This document shows positions 1 through 64,000 of a stretch of 64,000 bases of DNA, piece by piece. The notes below the pieces were generated by a model. That model was not told the DNA's origin. It was given only the letters and a program-made list of their open reading frames with translations, and made no database searches. This DNA is from Octopus bimaculoides (taxonomy: Eukaryota). Each line of letters starts with the position of its first letter. Positions within the stretch are counted from its first letter, which is position 1. The DNA is taken from contig NC_068983.1 in the NCBI RefSeq assembly GCF_001194135.2, positions 157,358,720-157,422,719 of the forward strand, read 5' to 3'. Made by a program: the position numbers and the translations under genes.

Positions 1-193
1 TTCTCAGCATTATTCTGCGATTGAGAATTTAAACATCACTTCTTTAACTTTCTATAAAAAAGACATCTCAGCGCTTCTAAAAGCAAGCTTCGCTTGTTTG
101 TTTATGTTTGTCGTAATTTGAATTTTGTAAATTTATTTTTGAAATATTTCTATTGCATGTTTGATCTATTTTTTTGATACCTTTGGAATATAG

Positions 194-63119
<62,926 letters not shown>

Positions 63120-63280
63120 GTATGTATTTCCAATTATATCTTTTAATTCTTTGTTTTCACATCCATTTCTTGCTTTCTTACCATTTAGCTTAATGAGAGT
63201 ACTCAGCTGGTATCTAAGCGGTACAGGTTCATCTTCTGTAGCCACCTGCTGGCAACTTTTTTTTTTCTTTTTTAGTGAAA

Positions 63281-63615
63281 GTGCATGGCTCAGTGGTTAG
63301 AGCATCAGGCTCACAATCATGAAGTAGTGAGTTCAATTCCCAGACTGGGCTGTGTTGTGTTCTTGAGCAAGACACTTTATTTCACATTGCTCCAGTTCAC
63401 TTGTCTGTAGAGATGAGTTGTGACGTCACTGGTGCCAAGCTGTAATGGCCTTTGCGTTTCCCTTGGATAACATCAGTGGCATGGGAAGAGGGGAGACTGG
63501 TATACACAGGCAACTGCTGGTCTTCTATGAACAACCTTGTCCAAACTTGTGCCTCGGAGGGTAACTTTCTAGGTGCAATCCCATGGTTGTTCATGACCAA
63601 AAGGGGTCTTTACTG
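63281..63615 (+). mobile_element. tRNA-derived SINE with the family A head and a different 3' half
   Basis: A-box TGGCTCAGTGG, B-box GAGTTCAATTCCC and the same cttgagcaagacactttatttcacattgctccagt core, then unrelated sequence. Confidence 0.75.
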
Positions 63616-64000
63616 TTTTTACTGGAGTAAAGTAGAAAAATAGACTGCATTCATATATACAGCTTTAAGATAAAGACATTTCAAACTCTACAAAAGAATA
63701 TTTCCTTTTTTTGAAATCTAAGTGGAAGCACAGTGTTGTCTCTGTATCCACTGACCTGGTTCTCATTTGCAGAATCAATTCAAGAAGCAGAAAATATGCT
63801 GAAAATCTTGTATTAATGGGGCATAAGGTGACTTGGAGAGCTTATAGACAAGTTAAGATTTATACAGTAACTCTTCCAGAAAATATATAAAGGGTGCACT
63901 TATATTTCAAATATATTCACAGTATATCAGAATGTTAGGACTTACATTAGTGTAACTAAAGGGCTAAAGATTGGGATCTGGCTGTAATGATTTTTAGAAA

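Overview
Eukaryotic, AT-rich genomic DNA. The whole window is the interior of one plus-strand, intron-rich gene for cytoplasmic dynein 1 heavy chain (DYNC1H1/DHC). I traced 56 GT-AG exons with consistent reading phase from 194 to 63119. They run from the N-terminal tail through the linker, AAA1-AAA4 (P-loops [32 protein letters not shown]) and stalk CC1 to the start of the microtubule-binding domain. Both gene ends lie outside the window. Two exons expected from orthologues are absent, and each missing exon falls in an intron that contains an N-gap. The introns hold RTE-clade LINE remnants with (GAT)n tails, several tRNA-derived SINE families, an LTR-like CpG-rich island and long microsatellites. 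The repeat types point to an octopus (coleoid cephalopod), which is an inference. The most striking observation is that several residues I recall as near-invariant in dynein are encoded with A where G is expected: AAA1 MNP-G-YAGR reads [11 protein letters not shown]3 Y-G-TQ reads Y-D-TQ, and AAA4 LDS-G-FLER reads LDS-S-FLER. A single A-to-I edit would restore each one, so the gene may depend on restorative ADAR recoding. Orthologue comparisons are from memory of human and Drosophila dynein, not from a computed alignment. Repeat boundaries are approximate.
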